Source: Tubulanus polymorphus (taxonomy: Eukaryota > Animalia > Nemertea). From it: a DNA stretch of 64,000 nt. Numbering within the stretch: the first letter of the stretch is position 1; the number at the start of each line of letters is the position of its first letter. Location: positions 16,306,110 to 16,370,109 of the forward strand of contig NC_134030.1 of the NCBI RefSeq assembly GCF_964204645.1, given 5' to 3'. Position numbers and translations under genes: made by a program. Positions 20,719 through 34,149 of the stretch are shown in pieces. The notes under the pieces are model-generated. The model was not told the DNA's origin and did not search any database. It saw nothing but the letters and a program-made list of their open reading frames with translations.

Positions 20719-23700
20719 GTGAATGTGGTGGTCCGTATGCTGTCAAGACTTTATTCGGTTGGGCAATTGGGTAGAAGTAATATTGCAAGGCGAACGGTTA
20801 CTAACGTTATAAAAGGCGATGAAGTATTGTCTCAGCAGTTTCTTACCTACTGTAACGCGGAATTCAATGATTGTGTATACGATGATAAGACCGAGATGTC
20901 TCAAGAAGATAAAAGGGCTCTCGCCATCATGGAATCTACGGTTCAGCTGACAAAGGATGGTCATTACGAGATGGCTTTGCCTTGGCGCCATAATCCACCG
21001 TCTTTACCCAATAATCGGCCTGTAGCTACTCATAGGCTGAATCTGCTGAAGAGAAAGTTGGAGAAAGATGACAGTTTGTTTAGTGAATACGTCGGGTTTA
21101 TTCAAAAGATGATTCAGTCTAGTTTCTGCGAGAAGATTCCTGTAGGAGAACTTGACCGTCAAGATGGTATGGTCTGGTATTTGCCACATCATGCAGTTTA
21201 CCATCCACAAAAGAAGAAAATTCGAGTTGTGTTCGACTGCTCTGCTAGGTACCATGGAACTTCGCTAAATGATCAGTTGCTACAAGGTCCTGATTTGACC
21301 AATCGATTAGTTGGTGTACTTCTGCGGTTCAGACAAGACGCAGTAGCATTTATGGGAGACATTGAGGGAATGTTTCATCAGGTTCGAGTAACACCCGAGA
21401 TGAAAGATGCATTGCGCTTCCTGTGGTGGTCTGACTGCGATCTATCCAAGGAGCCAGAGGAATATCGAATGCAGGTGCATCTCTTTGGAGCATCTTCCTC
21501 ACCAAGTTGCAGTAACTTTGCGTTAAGGCGTTCTGCTTTCGATAACGAAGATAAATACGATAAGACAACCGTAAATACTGTACTACAGAACTTTTACGTA
21601 GATGATTGTCTCAAGTCGGTATGCACTGAGGACGATGCTATTCGGTTGCTGAATCAACTGATAGAATTACTTCATCGTAGTGGCTTTCGTTTAACTCAGA
21701 TTTCCTCCAACTCTCGACGAGTAATTGAGTCGGTGCCCGAGTCTGAGCGTGCTAATACGTTAAAGGATATGGATTTTGGTCAACAATCGCAACTTCCTAC
21801 AGAGCGAGCTCTCGGGATGCTCTGGCATATGGAAACCGATAAGTTCCTCTTTAAGGTTAAGATAAAGGATAAACCACTTACCCGTCGTGGAGTGCTCTCT
21901 GTAGCAAGTTCGTTAAACGACCCGATAGGATTTACCGCTCCAGTGACCTTGCCTGTAAAATCACTTATGCAAGAATTATGTAAGATGAAACTTGGCAGGG
22001 ATGATGAGATACCAGCGATTTATGAGGAGAAATGGCGTTCATGGTTGGCCGAACTTCCGAAATTAGAGAATATACGTATAGGTCGATGTTTCAAGCCTAC
22101 GAACTTCGGAGACGTCTGCTCTGCTCAGCTGCATCATTTCAGTGACGCTTCTGAATGTGGCTATGGAGCTGTGAGCTATTTACTGTTGGTAAATGAAGCT
22201 GGTGAAATTCATTGTAGTTTCATCATGGCTAAATCACGGGTTACACCTTTGAAGATTATAACCATCCCTAGACTGGAGTTAGCTGCAGCAACAGTCGCCG
22301 CGAGGCTCGACCGTTTAATTCGCAATGAGATTGGTATCAAGGTGGAACCGTCGTACTTCTGGACTGATAGCACATCCGTATTAAAATATATCAGGAATGA
22401 GAATCTACGCTTTCAGGTCAATGTTGCAAACCGGATTGCTGTTATCAGAGACCTGACTACCCCTGATCAATGGTTCTTAGTTAATGGTGCTGATAATCCA
22501 GCAGACGATGCATCACGCGGGTTTAAGGTTCAACAGTTGCTGGATGGAAACTCAAGATGGTTGACGGGGCCGGCATTTCTATCGTCTTTGGAGTCGGAGT
22601 GGCCGAATCAACCCGATGTGGAGGCTATACCCACAACTGATGTCGAAGTGAATAAGAAACAAAAATATATCTGTACACTGGTAGTGACTGAGGCGGAGGA
22701 CCCATGTATGATGTACTTCCAGCGATTTTCGTCATGGACACGGTTGAAGCGATGTATCGCTTGGATTCTACGCTTCAAAGTAAATTTGGCAGGACGGTTG
22801 AATGGTGTCAAAGTTGCTGATCCTATAACGGTACGTGAATTGAGGCAAGCCGAGAAAGCCGTGCTTTCATATGTACAACAGCTGTATTATTCAGAGGAGT
22901 TGGCTGGTGGAAAGATCAAGAAATCTAGTTCGATCATAAAGCTTGATCCGATTATGATTGATGGGTTGCTGTGCGTAGGAGGACGATTAAGGCGATCTTC
23001 GTATTCCGATCGAGTCAAGCATCCTATTATCCTGCCAAAATCTGCGCATATTTTAGATCTGATTATCCAAGAGTATCACGAGATGTATGGTCATTCTGGT
23101 CGTGATCATATTCTGTCGGTAATTCGTGCTAAATTCTGGATCGTCAACGGGAAATCTGCAATATGGAAGGTTTTGAATCACTGTTACGATTGTAGACGTA
23201 GGCATGGTAAATACTTAGAAAACAAGATGGCTGATTTACCCGAAGAAAGGGTAACTCCTTGTGAATCCCCATTTACATACGTGGGTGTGGACTTCTTTGG
23301 TCCGTTTCTCGTAAAGCAGCTTCGTTCGCAAGTTAAACGCTACGGATGCATATTCACTTGTTTGTCAATTCGAGCTGTACACATAGAAATATGCCGTTCG
23401 CTTGATACAACATCATTTATTAATGGCTTACGCAGATTCATGGCAAGACGAGGTACACCTACAGGTATTTGGAGTGACAACGGTACCAACTTCGTCGGAG
23501 GAAATAGGGAATTGCGTGAGGCTATACAAGATTGGAACCATGATAACATTCACGATTTTCTGTTACAGAAGGAAATTGAGTGGCATTTCAATCCGCCTGC
23601 TGCTTCCCATATGGGCGGTGTGTGGGAGCGTCAAATTCGTACAGTCCGTAACGTTCTTGCTGCTTTAATGAAAGTTCAAGTACTAGATGATGAGGGCTTA

Positions 23701-24168
23701 TCCACTTTAATGTGTGAGGTGGAAGCTGTTATTAACAGTCGGCCTATAACTGCTGTTTCAGATGATCCGTTAGATTTAGAAGCTCTTACGCCCAATCACT
23801 TGTTGTTACTGAGAGCTGGCTCAACTTTACCCCCCGGTATATTTCAAGCACGTGATCTTACATCAGGAAACGTTGGCGCCAGGTTCAGTACATGGCTGAT
23901 GTATTTTGGCGGCGATGGACTCGGGAATATTTGCCATCGTTGCAGCAGCGTCAGAAATGGTTTCATACGCAACGAAACTTCTGTAGGTGATCTTGTTATA
24001 GTATCAAATGAGCAACTGCCCCGCGCCCAATGGCCTTTGGGTCGTGTCATTGAAGTGCATCCAGGTTCAGATGGTGTTGTGCGAAGTGCTAAAATAAAAA
24101 CCCGCTCTTCTCCATCACTTATACGTCCAGTTAATAAGTGCGTTATGCTGGAACGAGCAGTGGAATAA
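20719..24168 (+). pseudogene. BEL/Pao pol (RT, RNase H, integrase)
   Basis: WYLPHH, RVVFDCSA, GDIEGMFHQV, FYVDD, HHFSDAS, IPRLEL, GVDFFGP, SDNGTNF, GGVWER, WPLGRV. Compensating frameshifts around 23865-23980. Confidence 0.95.
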
Positions 24169-24439
24169 GTAATGGAATAAGTAATGTACGTTTGAATAGA
24201 TTATACATTAAGGATTACAGTATGGTTCTTTATCTAATGTGTAATATTATTATAACTTCTGTTTATGATGTATAATTATTTGTGTTGGTATATTAGTTTG
24301 CTCACTAGTTATGTCGGTATGTAACATATTATTTGTCCGTGGTACACGTATTATTCAGTTTTGTGACGTTAAGTAAATTTATAAGACTATAAAATCTAAG
24401 TTAAATTTTAGTTAACTTTAGTATTTTATGGGCCGGGAA

Positions 24440-25988
24440 TGTAGTTTATGTTTGTATTATGGTCATATTTCTGGCAGTTCTACTGCTCATGCTCAACCTA
24501 GTGTGTAAGTTACTCATGTGTGAAATTGTATAAAGTCTGGTGATCTGGTGATCTGTCGGTATTGAATTTTTTGACGCCTTATAAAACGTTACCATTATGA
24601 AACCTAAACAATGCTAACCATTCAGCGTCATTTTACAAACGACAGCCGTAAATCTATGTGCAAAACGTCACAGGTTTATGTGTACACAAACAAGCTATCT
24701 GGCAAAATATTATTGACATAGATGTAGAATGGCTTCCTGTGATTATATAATGACCTATATTTGAACGTCGAAATGTTATATTGCATTGAATATCATTAGA
24801 AGACGTATTGTAATAGTAAAGGATGTATGATTATATCAGAAGCGGCAGGCATAAATAGAAATGATAAGTAAATCGGATTATTCGGTTAAATGGCGGATGT
24901 ATACACGATGCGGAAGTCTGATATAAAAGTCAGACCCTGACGTGGGCATGCCGGTGGAATGACGAAGCTATCTACGATGTGTGTAGGGCCGGCGTAAATT
25001 TCATCAGCGGCTACAAGCGGTTAATATGAAAATGTGTAAACATATAATTTAGATATTCAATCGTTTGTGAAAATATGTTTGATATTAGGAGTATGCAAGT
25101 TTCGTGAGATTAGCAATTTATAATAGCATAGCTGTCATATACGGCTCCGTGTCCTCTGATGGCATGTGTATTAGGTGACAATTCAATTCAATTCTTTATT
25201 GATCCTTATTACATTGAAATTCCGGGATAAAATTCCCAAATTCAATAAATACAAATTTTAAAATAAATCAATACAACATACATGACACACGGGTAATTCA
25301 TACAGAACAACATAAGCATGTTATTTTAAATGACAATGTCTACTTCAACCCACCCAGACTCAAGACTAGGAAATCGAGTGACAGCCAAACGCGTGGCCCG
25401 GGCCCGGGGACCGGGCCGGCTGGCTAGGCCACACGATATGCTCGAAGTCATAATGAAGCAGACATCAGAAGAGCTCTTTCTTCATCCATGGAGGCAATGA
25501 AGTTGCAGACCAGCTTAGAGGCATAAGTAAATGAAGTCGGTCGCAAGTTCGCGATCAATTATTGAGAATTTTCAATAAAAAAATTTAAACCACTACTAGA
25601 GTCGAAGACATGTATCATCTACCCAATCGCCAAATCTCATTATTCCCCAAATTTCTTAAAACTTCGATTTCAAATTTGCAATTCCACATTAGCTTAGCCC
25701 AGAAATTCTACATTTTTTTCCCAGGCGTCAAATAATTTTCTAAAATTAATTTTCTTGTTATATTTGTGTGTACTGACGTTGTGGCTGCTACATGATTTAA
25801 TACTCTCGTTCTGTAAGTTATTTGTTATTAGCCGAATTTCTTGTTATTATTATAATATTTGTGTGTTAATTTAGTTGTTGTTTCTTGTTTAGAAACGGTG
25901 TCGATGGTAATGATGATAATAAATGTAAGACGTCAGTTTGACATTAAGAGATCTGCGACTTCGTAAATTTTCGTGTTTGGAGTCTACA
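24440..25988 (+). repeat. 3' LTR of BEL/Pao element, interrupted by a ~1.19-kb insertion (~24570-25758)
   Basis: Matches the 5' LTR on both sides of an unrelated block. Confidence 0.92.
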
Positions 25989-27589
25989 AAGATTGCATCC
26001 TCTATTACAGGATTTAAGGATACAACTCTAAAACCAGTTAGTTTAAATTAACCATTATGCAATATGATAGGCTACATGAACAAATACACTGTTAATATGA
26101 AAAAGATCCACTATGTACACATTTCAAATCTCAAACCAAGTTTTATCATTAGAAAATTACGACACAACGTTCGATCGTTCACTAGAGATCATCTTTTTGA
26201 ATTTGTACACAGTGAATTTTCGTATCGTATTATGGTATTATCAATTCTCCGCATTTGAGTGTGACTATTCTACAAATACAAAGTTATTTTTAGCAATGAA
26301 GTTTTAATTGTCATTTTAAATGTTAACTATCCACTGGTATGTAAACTTACTAACTTTTGGCAACTGACCTCAAATCGTGGAATGGGCTCAGGTAGCCTGC
26401 TGATCCACTCTTTATTAATACTACTAAAGAAATATTCAGTATAAGAAGTAAAAAGTATATTAAAGTACTATTTATCTTTATATCGCAATAATTTGTGTAC
26501 GTATGATTGAAAAACGATATTCTATGGAGTCTCATGTTACGTACTTATGATTATTGTGTATAAGATCAATAATTAGCAACCTTCCACGGATACGAAGCGG
26601 CCTAAGTTTACATCCTACCATAATTTTCTCTAAACTCTCAGCATTATATCAAGATCGGTCTTAGAAAATATATGAAGGACGTGTTCACAGGTTAACGAGG
26701 CCAAAAATCTTCCTCAAAATTTCAAATTTTTACGAGCAAAGATGATATACTTCATGCTTTTGGTGCAGAAATAATGGATGTCGACAAATTGCAAATTGTG
26801 TTTTCAAAGTAAACGTTCCGAGTGTGGAATTGTTTCGAATTCAGGGTTCTCCCATTTACTCTCCGGTAGTTTACAATGTTTCGATAAGATACGTAAGTCG
26901 CACTTTAGTTGTGATACAGCTTTCTCTATTGGTCAGCGTTGTAATCACTTAAAATTACCCATAAGTTTGAATTCTCACTGAACTACTACATCCCTTATAA
27001 CGAATATATATTTCATATGAGGCGAAACTTTGATGATCTGCGGTCAGTGGACAGCAGTTACGAAACATTCAAAACTACTACATTATCTTCCATCTATTCA
27101 TTATTCATATATATGATATGATATGATATGATATGATATGATATAATATCTCCTTTAGTGTTCAGTTTAAACGTCTTGAACGCAAAAGTTTGACAAGTTT
27201 CGCATAACGGTACCGATACGCGCGTTCACACTAGTGAAATGTGCACGTTACAGGCTCAAATGCGCACGTTACAATTACAAATCGAAACGTTGTTCGTTCA
27301 AAACCCGATGTGAAAATCATTTGCATTTAGTGGGAAATTTCAAAGTTAGCTCGCTTCCTACAATAAAAATTGGACAAGACTTTTAAAACGACACATTTAA
27401 TAAGAGTAGTACTGACGAAGGATTCAGGCAATACCCCGTGTTATTTCTAAAAACATTTAACCGGTAATTAGACAGTACTGGTGTAGCTTGTACAGGTAAA
27501 AGAGTTGTTATATTTACGTTCAGACCGAATGAAATTATTTGATACGAGACACGACTAAGTTGTGCCCGAAACAGATAAATATAGCTATG

Positions 27590-28090
27590 TGGTCAGTATT
27601 GGTCAAGATTTGGTCACTTGAATAGTTGTTAGATGAAAGCCCACACAATTTCTAATTAGTTGACAACAAACACGACTGTGTTGCTTCTAGAATAAACAAA
27701 TTACTTTAAGGTCAGTATTGGTAAAATATTGGTCAGTTAAATAGTTGTTAGATCATAGCCCGCACCGTATCTAGTAGCTCGACGCCCAAACACGATTTTA
27801 TTGCTTTACTAAACATATAAATTACTTATGGTGGGTTCTAGTTAGTGGTAACTGGTCAGTACTGGTCAAGCATTGGTCAGTTAAACAATTTTTAGTTTAA
27901 TGTCCACATTATATCTAGTTATTTGACACCAAACAACTTAATTGTTTGCAAAACAGATAATTTACTATAGCCAGTACTGGTCATGCATTGGTCAGTTGAT
28001 AGACCAAGGTCCACGCCACGAGTTATTTGATACTAAACATGATTGTGTCGTTTCCGAAAATTTATCTGTTGGGCAATTTGTGGTCAGCCC
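27590..28090 (-). repeat. Diverged tandem array of ~120-bp units with TGGTCA motifs
   Basis: GGTCAGTATTGGTCAA..TTGGTCAGTT-type unit recurs at ~27590, 27710, 27855 and 27975. Confidence 0.7.
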
Positions 28091-28652
28091 TGGTTCGTTG
28101 GTTCTTATTTTGCAGGCATTTTATCGCGAACCACCGAAAGACTGAATTACTAATTAATTCAACAGATCATTAATTAATGGAAATGAAGATCAGTGTTAAC
28201 TAAGTCCTTAGTCTGAATAAAATGTATGTGGTATTATATGGGTGCTATGGTGCTGTACACCGAACTGTAACTTTTTATTTTCACTACTACCGTAATTGAC
28301 TATGATGTTTTCAAGTGGTCTTAAGTACCGCTAATAGCCGAAAGTCGTTGATTCATGTGAAATTTACACACAGCGCCACCCGTTGGTAGTAAAAGTCACC
28401 CGAGCAATACGTGTTAAATAGATACGCTAGCAAACCGGCATTCTCATAATGATCATTTTTCTGATTGATGAAATAAATTTCAAACGTGAAAAAGTATTTT
28501 ACTACTACTGTCCTTCTCATTTTGGTTCGATCAGCCGTGGTAGTTATGGTCCTCTAAATTCCATGTAGGCCTATATTCCCCACGGCCAGAACCAAGAATC
28601 TACTTTGGGGGTTTGATAAAAAACGATTGTAAACCCGCAAGCAGGCCGCAAA

Positions 28653-29132
28653 CACAGGGGTTTGGCGATGGGCTTGGATTTTATTTCCGGGTTGTTGATA
28701 ATCTCGCGAGAATGGTGCTAAACATGAACTGCGAATAAATTCAAAATATCACGGAAATACCTTGTGTTTATATTGTTTATTTATCCGCTATAAAGTTCTG
28801 ATAAACAATTGGCCGTTAAGGATCATTATCAGACGGTCGTCACGCTTTACTATATAAAATCACAAGGGATGAAACGCCAGGCCTCCGCTGTACTTAAATT
28901 TTCAGCCAGAAAGTTGGGACCGTGATTTTACATAGTAAAGCGTGACGACCGTCTGATAATGATCCTTAACGACCAGTTGTTTATCGAAACTTCATAGCGG
29001 ATAAATGAACAATATAAACACAAGGTATTTCCGTGATATTTTGAATTTATTCGCAGTTCATATTTAGCGCCATTCTCGCGAGATTATCAACAACCCGGAA
29101 ATAAAATCCAAGCCCATCGCCAAACCCCTGTG
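28653..29132. mobile_element. Foldback-type MITE with ~210-bp TIRs and 8-bp TSD
   Basis: CACAGGGGTTTGGCGATGG...CCATCGCCAAACCCCTGTG, flanked by GCCGCAAA on both sides. Confidence 0.93.
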
Positions 29133-29443
29133 GCCGCAAAGTATGAATTGTGCCCGAAGCATAATATGGGATTCGAACCTACTCTCAATGTATGGCATTA
29201 GCTTGCCAAAAGACGGTATAGCATCAACTAAATTGCGGTGGAGTTATCTTGATTGTATTAGCCTAAAGGTTAGTGTCAACAAATGGTCCATTATAGTCCT
29301 CTAATTTATGTGGAGAGTTCACCAAGCACCTTAGTGTCTGATGTAGGCCTAGTTAGTTACCTAATCGATGGTGATAAGCTTTTTATGATCGGATGGGCTT
29401 ATACCAATAGGCAACATAGTTGAATGCCAGTCGTTGTTACGGT

Positions 29444-32400
29444 GGTGTCGGGTCAAAACGTCCTCATGTCAAAACGTCCTCGCATACCAGGTCAAAACGT
29501 CCTCGTTTTCGTCGGTCAAAAAGTCCTCACTTCGTTGGTCAAAACGTCCTCACTCTCGCCAGAATAACTTAATCATACAAATAAATTCCTTCAATGCATA
29601 GTTAATTTCTACTGTTGTTAGTTAGGCTAAATCGACTGAGTTATACGCTTTACTATGATCTGTGATGATAGGTGGCGAATGAATCAATCGGCGCTCTCAT
29701 CTGGCTTGGAGTTCTTTATATCGGCAACTCTTGAAATGGAAAGTTTCAGGTGGCCTTACCGAGCCAATAATTTTTCTGATTATGATTTTTTCCTGTAGGC
29801 CTACGAAGGTTATTCAAAAACCTTAGCTAGGCCCAATCATCGATAACATTTGTGATCGATGAAACCGCTGCGTTTAAAACACGATTACATGGCATTCGTA
29901 ATTAAACAACAGCATTCGTGAATGGGTGATCGTTCGAATCATGATACTGGTTGAATAGCCCCGCCAAGTGTGTTTTAATCTGAAGGAACGAAATCGAGAT
30001 ACAAAGTTACAATTGTTAGAGATCAATCTTAATAGCTTATGGAGATGGAAAACACATAGGCCTACATATACTTTAATTATGCTTAAGAATATTTTCAGAT
30101 ACGTTCTTTTAATTTTCATGTGATGAATATCACTTTGAAGAGATATTGAATATACTTTAAGTTTATGTGTTTAATGATGATTCAAGCTTAGCTATTTAGG
30201 GAGAGTGACATCCAATTGGAGTAGAAAACTTAATTGAGAAGGGAAAAACTTTTAAATAAATTATGAGATAGCAAGGTAATGAATTCCAAATAAATTATAA
30301 TTTGGGTGCAAATACATTATGAGTGAGCAAGGTATACCAAATAAATCAACATTCAAGTAGGCCTACAAATAAATTATGAGTGAGCGATGAAGTAATTAAT
30401 AACTAATAAATCATAATTTAGAAACCATAATTTAAGTACAAATAAATTATGAGTGAGCAAGGTAGGCCTAATTAATTACAAATAAATTGTAAATTGTGTG
30501 GGTGAAAATGAATTATTATTGAGCAAATTGCATTTGTAATTAGTGAGCCAAAATCAGCTTGGGGCAAGATTGTATAAATACCGTTTGCTCTGGGGTCTCA
30601 CCATTCATTGGTTGGACACTGTTCAACTGCAACACAACGATACTACAACGATAGCGATAAAATCGACCGACTTTCAACAAAACCAAACAAGATGATGGCT
30701 GGAAATAGCGATTTTTGTATAGATTGCTGAAAACTTGTTTGCCCAAGACAAGAAGCACTGCTGTGCGAATCCTGTAATTTATGGCAACACCGAATCTGCA
30801 AAAGTGGGGTCAGTAGAGACGACTATAGAATGGCTGTGAGGGGCACGCTCGAAGTAAATTAGAAATGCATCTGGTGTCGAGAAAATAGCACTGTGATCGA
30901 GCCAAATGCTGAAAGCACGCGATTGTCGATTTTACCCGTAGTCCAGATGGAAATACCAGAGAGAGAGAGCCGTCTCGCATAGGCCTATCCCAATTATCCG
31001 AGAAGATGAAGCCATGGAAAATATCCAAGAAGACTCAATAGAACTGGGACCATTTGAGATAGGCCTACCTCATGATCGTGCTATGGATGAACCATCCCTG
31101 GAAGATAACACCCCCTCGAAAACGCTACCGGTATTGATGAAAAACAAGATATCCAATACGAAGTGGTGACCAAAGGCTCACAGAAAGGGAAAGAACGCCT
31201 TCTCGATACTCATGGCTACAGTTATACTGTTTAAACTCACCGCGCCAATGGAAATAAAGTATGGACATGTAATGTCAGAAATAAGAATGTTTGGTGTAAG
31301 GCTACTGTTCGACAGCATGGTCAATCTTACACCCGCGGTCCACAACTGCACTCTCATGAGGCCACACTGGGTGCAAGCCGGGCAACTAAAGTCAAAGCAA
31401 CAATAAAAGAAGTGGCAAAGAGTGATATCTTTACGTCAGCCGTTGGAATCACAAATAAAGTCATCCAAGAACAAGGTCTCACCACAACCAGCAAACCGAT
31501 ACCGATGATAGGTTTAAAATCTAGCTCGAGCTGCAAACAGACACCGCCAAAAGCTACGACTGGCTACAAGTACCTTCGGCAACTCATGGCATTGCCCTAC
31601 CTTCCAGCCGAGCATATCACACCTCTTTTTAATCGTCTAAAGGGAAAAGCTACAACACCACAGATCCAAGAACTGGTTAATGACATGGATGAAACATGGA
31701 TACGTGGTAATATCTGGGAACCGAGCAAGTGGAGTGTATTCAACCAGTCGATAAGGACGAACAATGATACCGAAGGATGGCACGCTAAACTCAACCGCCA
31801 AGCAAAGAAAAACAGCCTATCTGCTGGTTACACTACTACACGAAGAAGCATTAATGGTCAATCTTCAAGTGAAGTTTGTGTCCGACAGCAAACTGAAAAG
31901 AATACAAAGAAAGAAATATAGACAGATTCAGGGAAAAGTCTTCAAGATATGGGAAAAGTATACGGAAGGAGATATTAGCGCAAAACAACTGCTCCGTGAA
32001 TGTTCACACATAGGCTAAATGGTCCTGTTGTTGATTGATTCCAGCCTCACCAAACCCAATCATATCAAACGGTCCTTTTTAGGACCATTTAATTTCCAAG
32101 AAAGTTTAAATCAAAGCTCAGATTTGCGCTTAAAACCCACAACGAATACCCCCAGATAAAATGTCCAATATAATAATCGAATGCGGTTAGAAAGATAACA
32201 ACAGGGTTTCATTTAAAAATGTCAAACAATGACATGGTTTTGATTTGGTGTCACCCTGCAAAAGAGAAAAAAAATCTCTAAAAATCTTCGCAAAAATCTA
32301 TATAGGCTATAGTTGTACTATACTCCAGGGTTTTTATCGTTCATCGTCACGGGCCGTTTTGCAATGATTGGACAGGGGATTTCGAATCAAATATAAAAAC

Positions 32401-33115
32401 CAGTAGGCCTACATGATAGAAATACGTATTAGCAAAATGATTATAGTTCTTTGAATGTTTGATAAGTAAATTGAACAATTAGTCGAATTTGATGACTGAT
32501 TTCAAAACTGATTTTTCGAAATATCTGGCAGGCACACGTAGGCCTATGTGTAAAATCAAAAATTCATTATGAATTTAACAGGATTCCATTTCATTTATCA
32601 TTGGATTTATCTATTTCTGAAGCCGTAACATCTTCTAACAGTTATTATTAGAATATCATTAGTAAAATCAAAATTTTGTCGTTATTATCATTATTCAAAA
32701 ATGTGCGAAAATCACCCGTTTCTCTGTATTCCGACGATAATTACTAGAAAATAGAACTACCAATCAAAAAACTGTCATCAAACGGCAAAAATATAAGGAA
32801 TATACTACAGAAAAACCAAAAAATATTCACTGGGTTTGGAAAAAATTTTTACTTTTTAGCTCTAAAAACACCATTTCGCAGATTTGACGAAAACCAGTCA
32901 AGTCAGAAGAAATTGGAAATTTACTCAAAGACCGCAGATTTTTTTAAACATCAGGTTCCTAAAGGTGACTATTGTAAGATGCCGCCCTCTCTACCACCGC
33001 TGATTGTGTGCGGAGAGGACATAATACAGACGAGGACGTTTTGACCGAGGACGTTTCCGATCGAGGACGTTTTGACCGGAGGACGTTTTGGCACGGGGAC
33101 GTTTTGACCGTAATT
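29444..33115 (+). mobile_element. Mutator-like (MULE) DNA transposon, internally deleted
   Basis: Termini made of inverted arrays of GGTCAAAACGTCCTC; 9-bp TSD TGTTACGGT (29435-29443, 33116-33124); transposase remnants inside. Confidence 0.9.
30692..32018 (+). pseudogene. MULE transposase remnant (PHD finger, FLYWCH, C-terminal RTNN..EGWH region)
   Basis: CIDC..CESCNLWQHRIC..CIWC (PHD); GYSY..WTC..CKA..HSH (FLYWCH); LMALPYLP..WSVF..RTNNDTEGWH. Most of the DDE core is missing. Confidence 0.85.
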
Positions 33116-34149
33116 TGTTACGGTTCCCTACAAACGTCTGTCGCTAAGTATCATATAGGCCTAGAGGTTAACTCCTGTTAATTGCAATGCAACAACTGAT
33201 TTTAGTGTCAAATCAAACCTTTGTACTTAAATAGATAAATTAGTTAGGCCTACCTTGTTGACTTTGAAAACGTTTTTTATAATAAAATCTTTGTTGATTT
33301 AAATTGCGAACCGGAGAATTTATTGATTTGATTTGAATTGAATTGATTGCCACTATCGGGATTTCCAATACGGACTAAATTAATAAAATGTGAAAATTCA
33401 ATATGTCTCTCTGAAATCACTCTAAATGTTATTTTTTGTTGATAAAACGCATAAATTTTGGTCAATTTTAACCTTAAGAATTTGAAACAAGAGTAATATC
33501 TGTTTTTTGAGGCGACTAGTCAAAAGTTTTGAGCTACTACGATCGTCAAAAGCTACTTAGGATTACAAATTTATGCACAAACAATAGTTAACTTCCATCT
33601 GATTACAGAACAGTCTGTTTGAGGTAAGTTGATGGTTTTTTAAGTGGTGAAATAGACGCTCAAAGCCTCATCCCTCAAAAGGAGGGACGAAAATTAACCT
33701 TATATGAGCACTTTCGCCCTAGACCTTGTTTGAGGAACAAGGGCTAGGTACTAGACTAATACCAACATGGTTTGTGAAAATATCCGATCGTGAAACTAAA
33801 CCACAGACAGGTGAAACTAATGTTGGCCTACCACAGACACTGTTTTAGACTAATGTCTATTTCAACCTGACTTGAGAGCATTCTGCGTGGCCTAGCTCGC
33901 TAATTTTTGGTAGTACATACCTGATGAAGGTCTTAATGGGACCAGAATGGACAGGCAGTCGTCCTTAAGTTCATTTTTTAATCCATTAGAAACTGTATTG
34001 AAGGATATCCAAAAAGTCTTCACTGAAAGAGGTTAGGCCTAAATGAAGAGAAGTGACTCCATGATTTGAAAGTTTAACAATATGTTTCCATGCCTACGTA
34101 CCAAACTTCAGTTGGTAGGCATGGAGACATATTGACCCAAACTGCAGTT

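Larger units (their letters stand above)
18475..25988 (+). mobile_element. BEL/Pao LTR retrotransposon, full length, mildly degenerate
   Basis: LTRs TGTAG...CTACA; 5-bp TSD AAGAT (18470-18474, 25989-25993); purine-rich tract before 24440; gag-PR-RT-RH-IN order. Confidence 0.97.

Noticed and set aside
20600-20790. Programmed gag-pol frameshift in the Pao element
   Set aside because: BEL/Pao elements usually have one ORF; two separate shifts are needed here and others occur elsewhere, indicating decay.
29150-29200. tRNA gene (GGTTCGAATCCC B-box on the minus strand)
   Set aside because: No cloverleaf or A-box could be built; at most a SINE remnant.
33590-33630. Non-coding first exon of PIH1D2 (GAG|GTAAGT donor at ~33624)
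   Set aside because: Good donor consensus, but it cannot be supported without transcript data.
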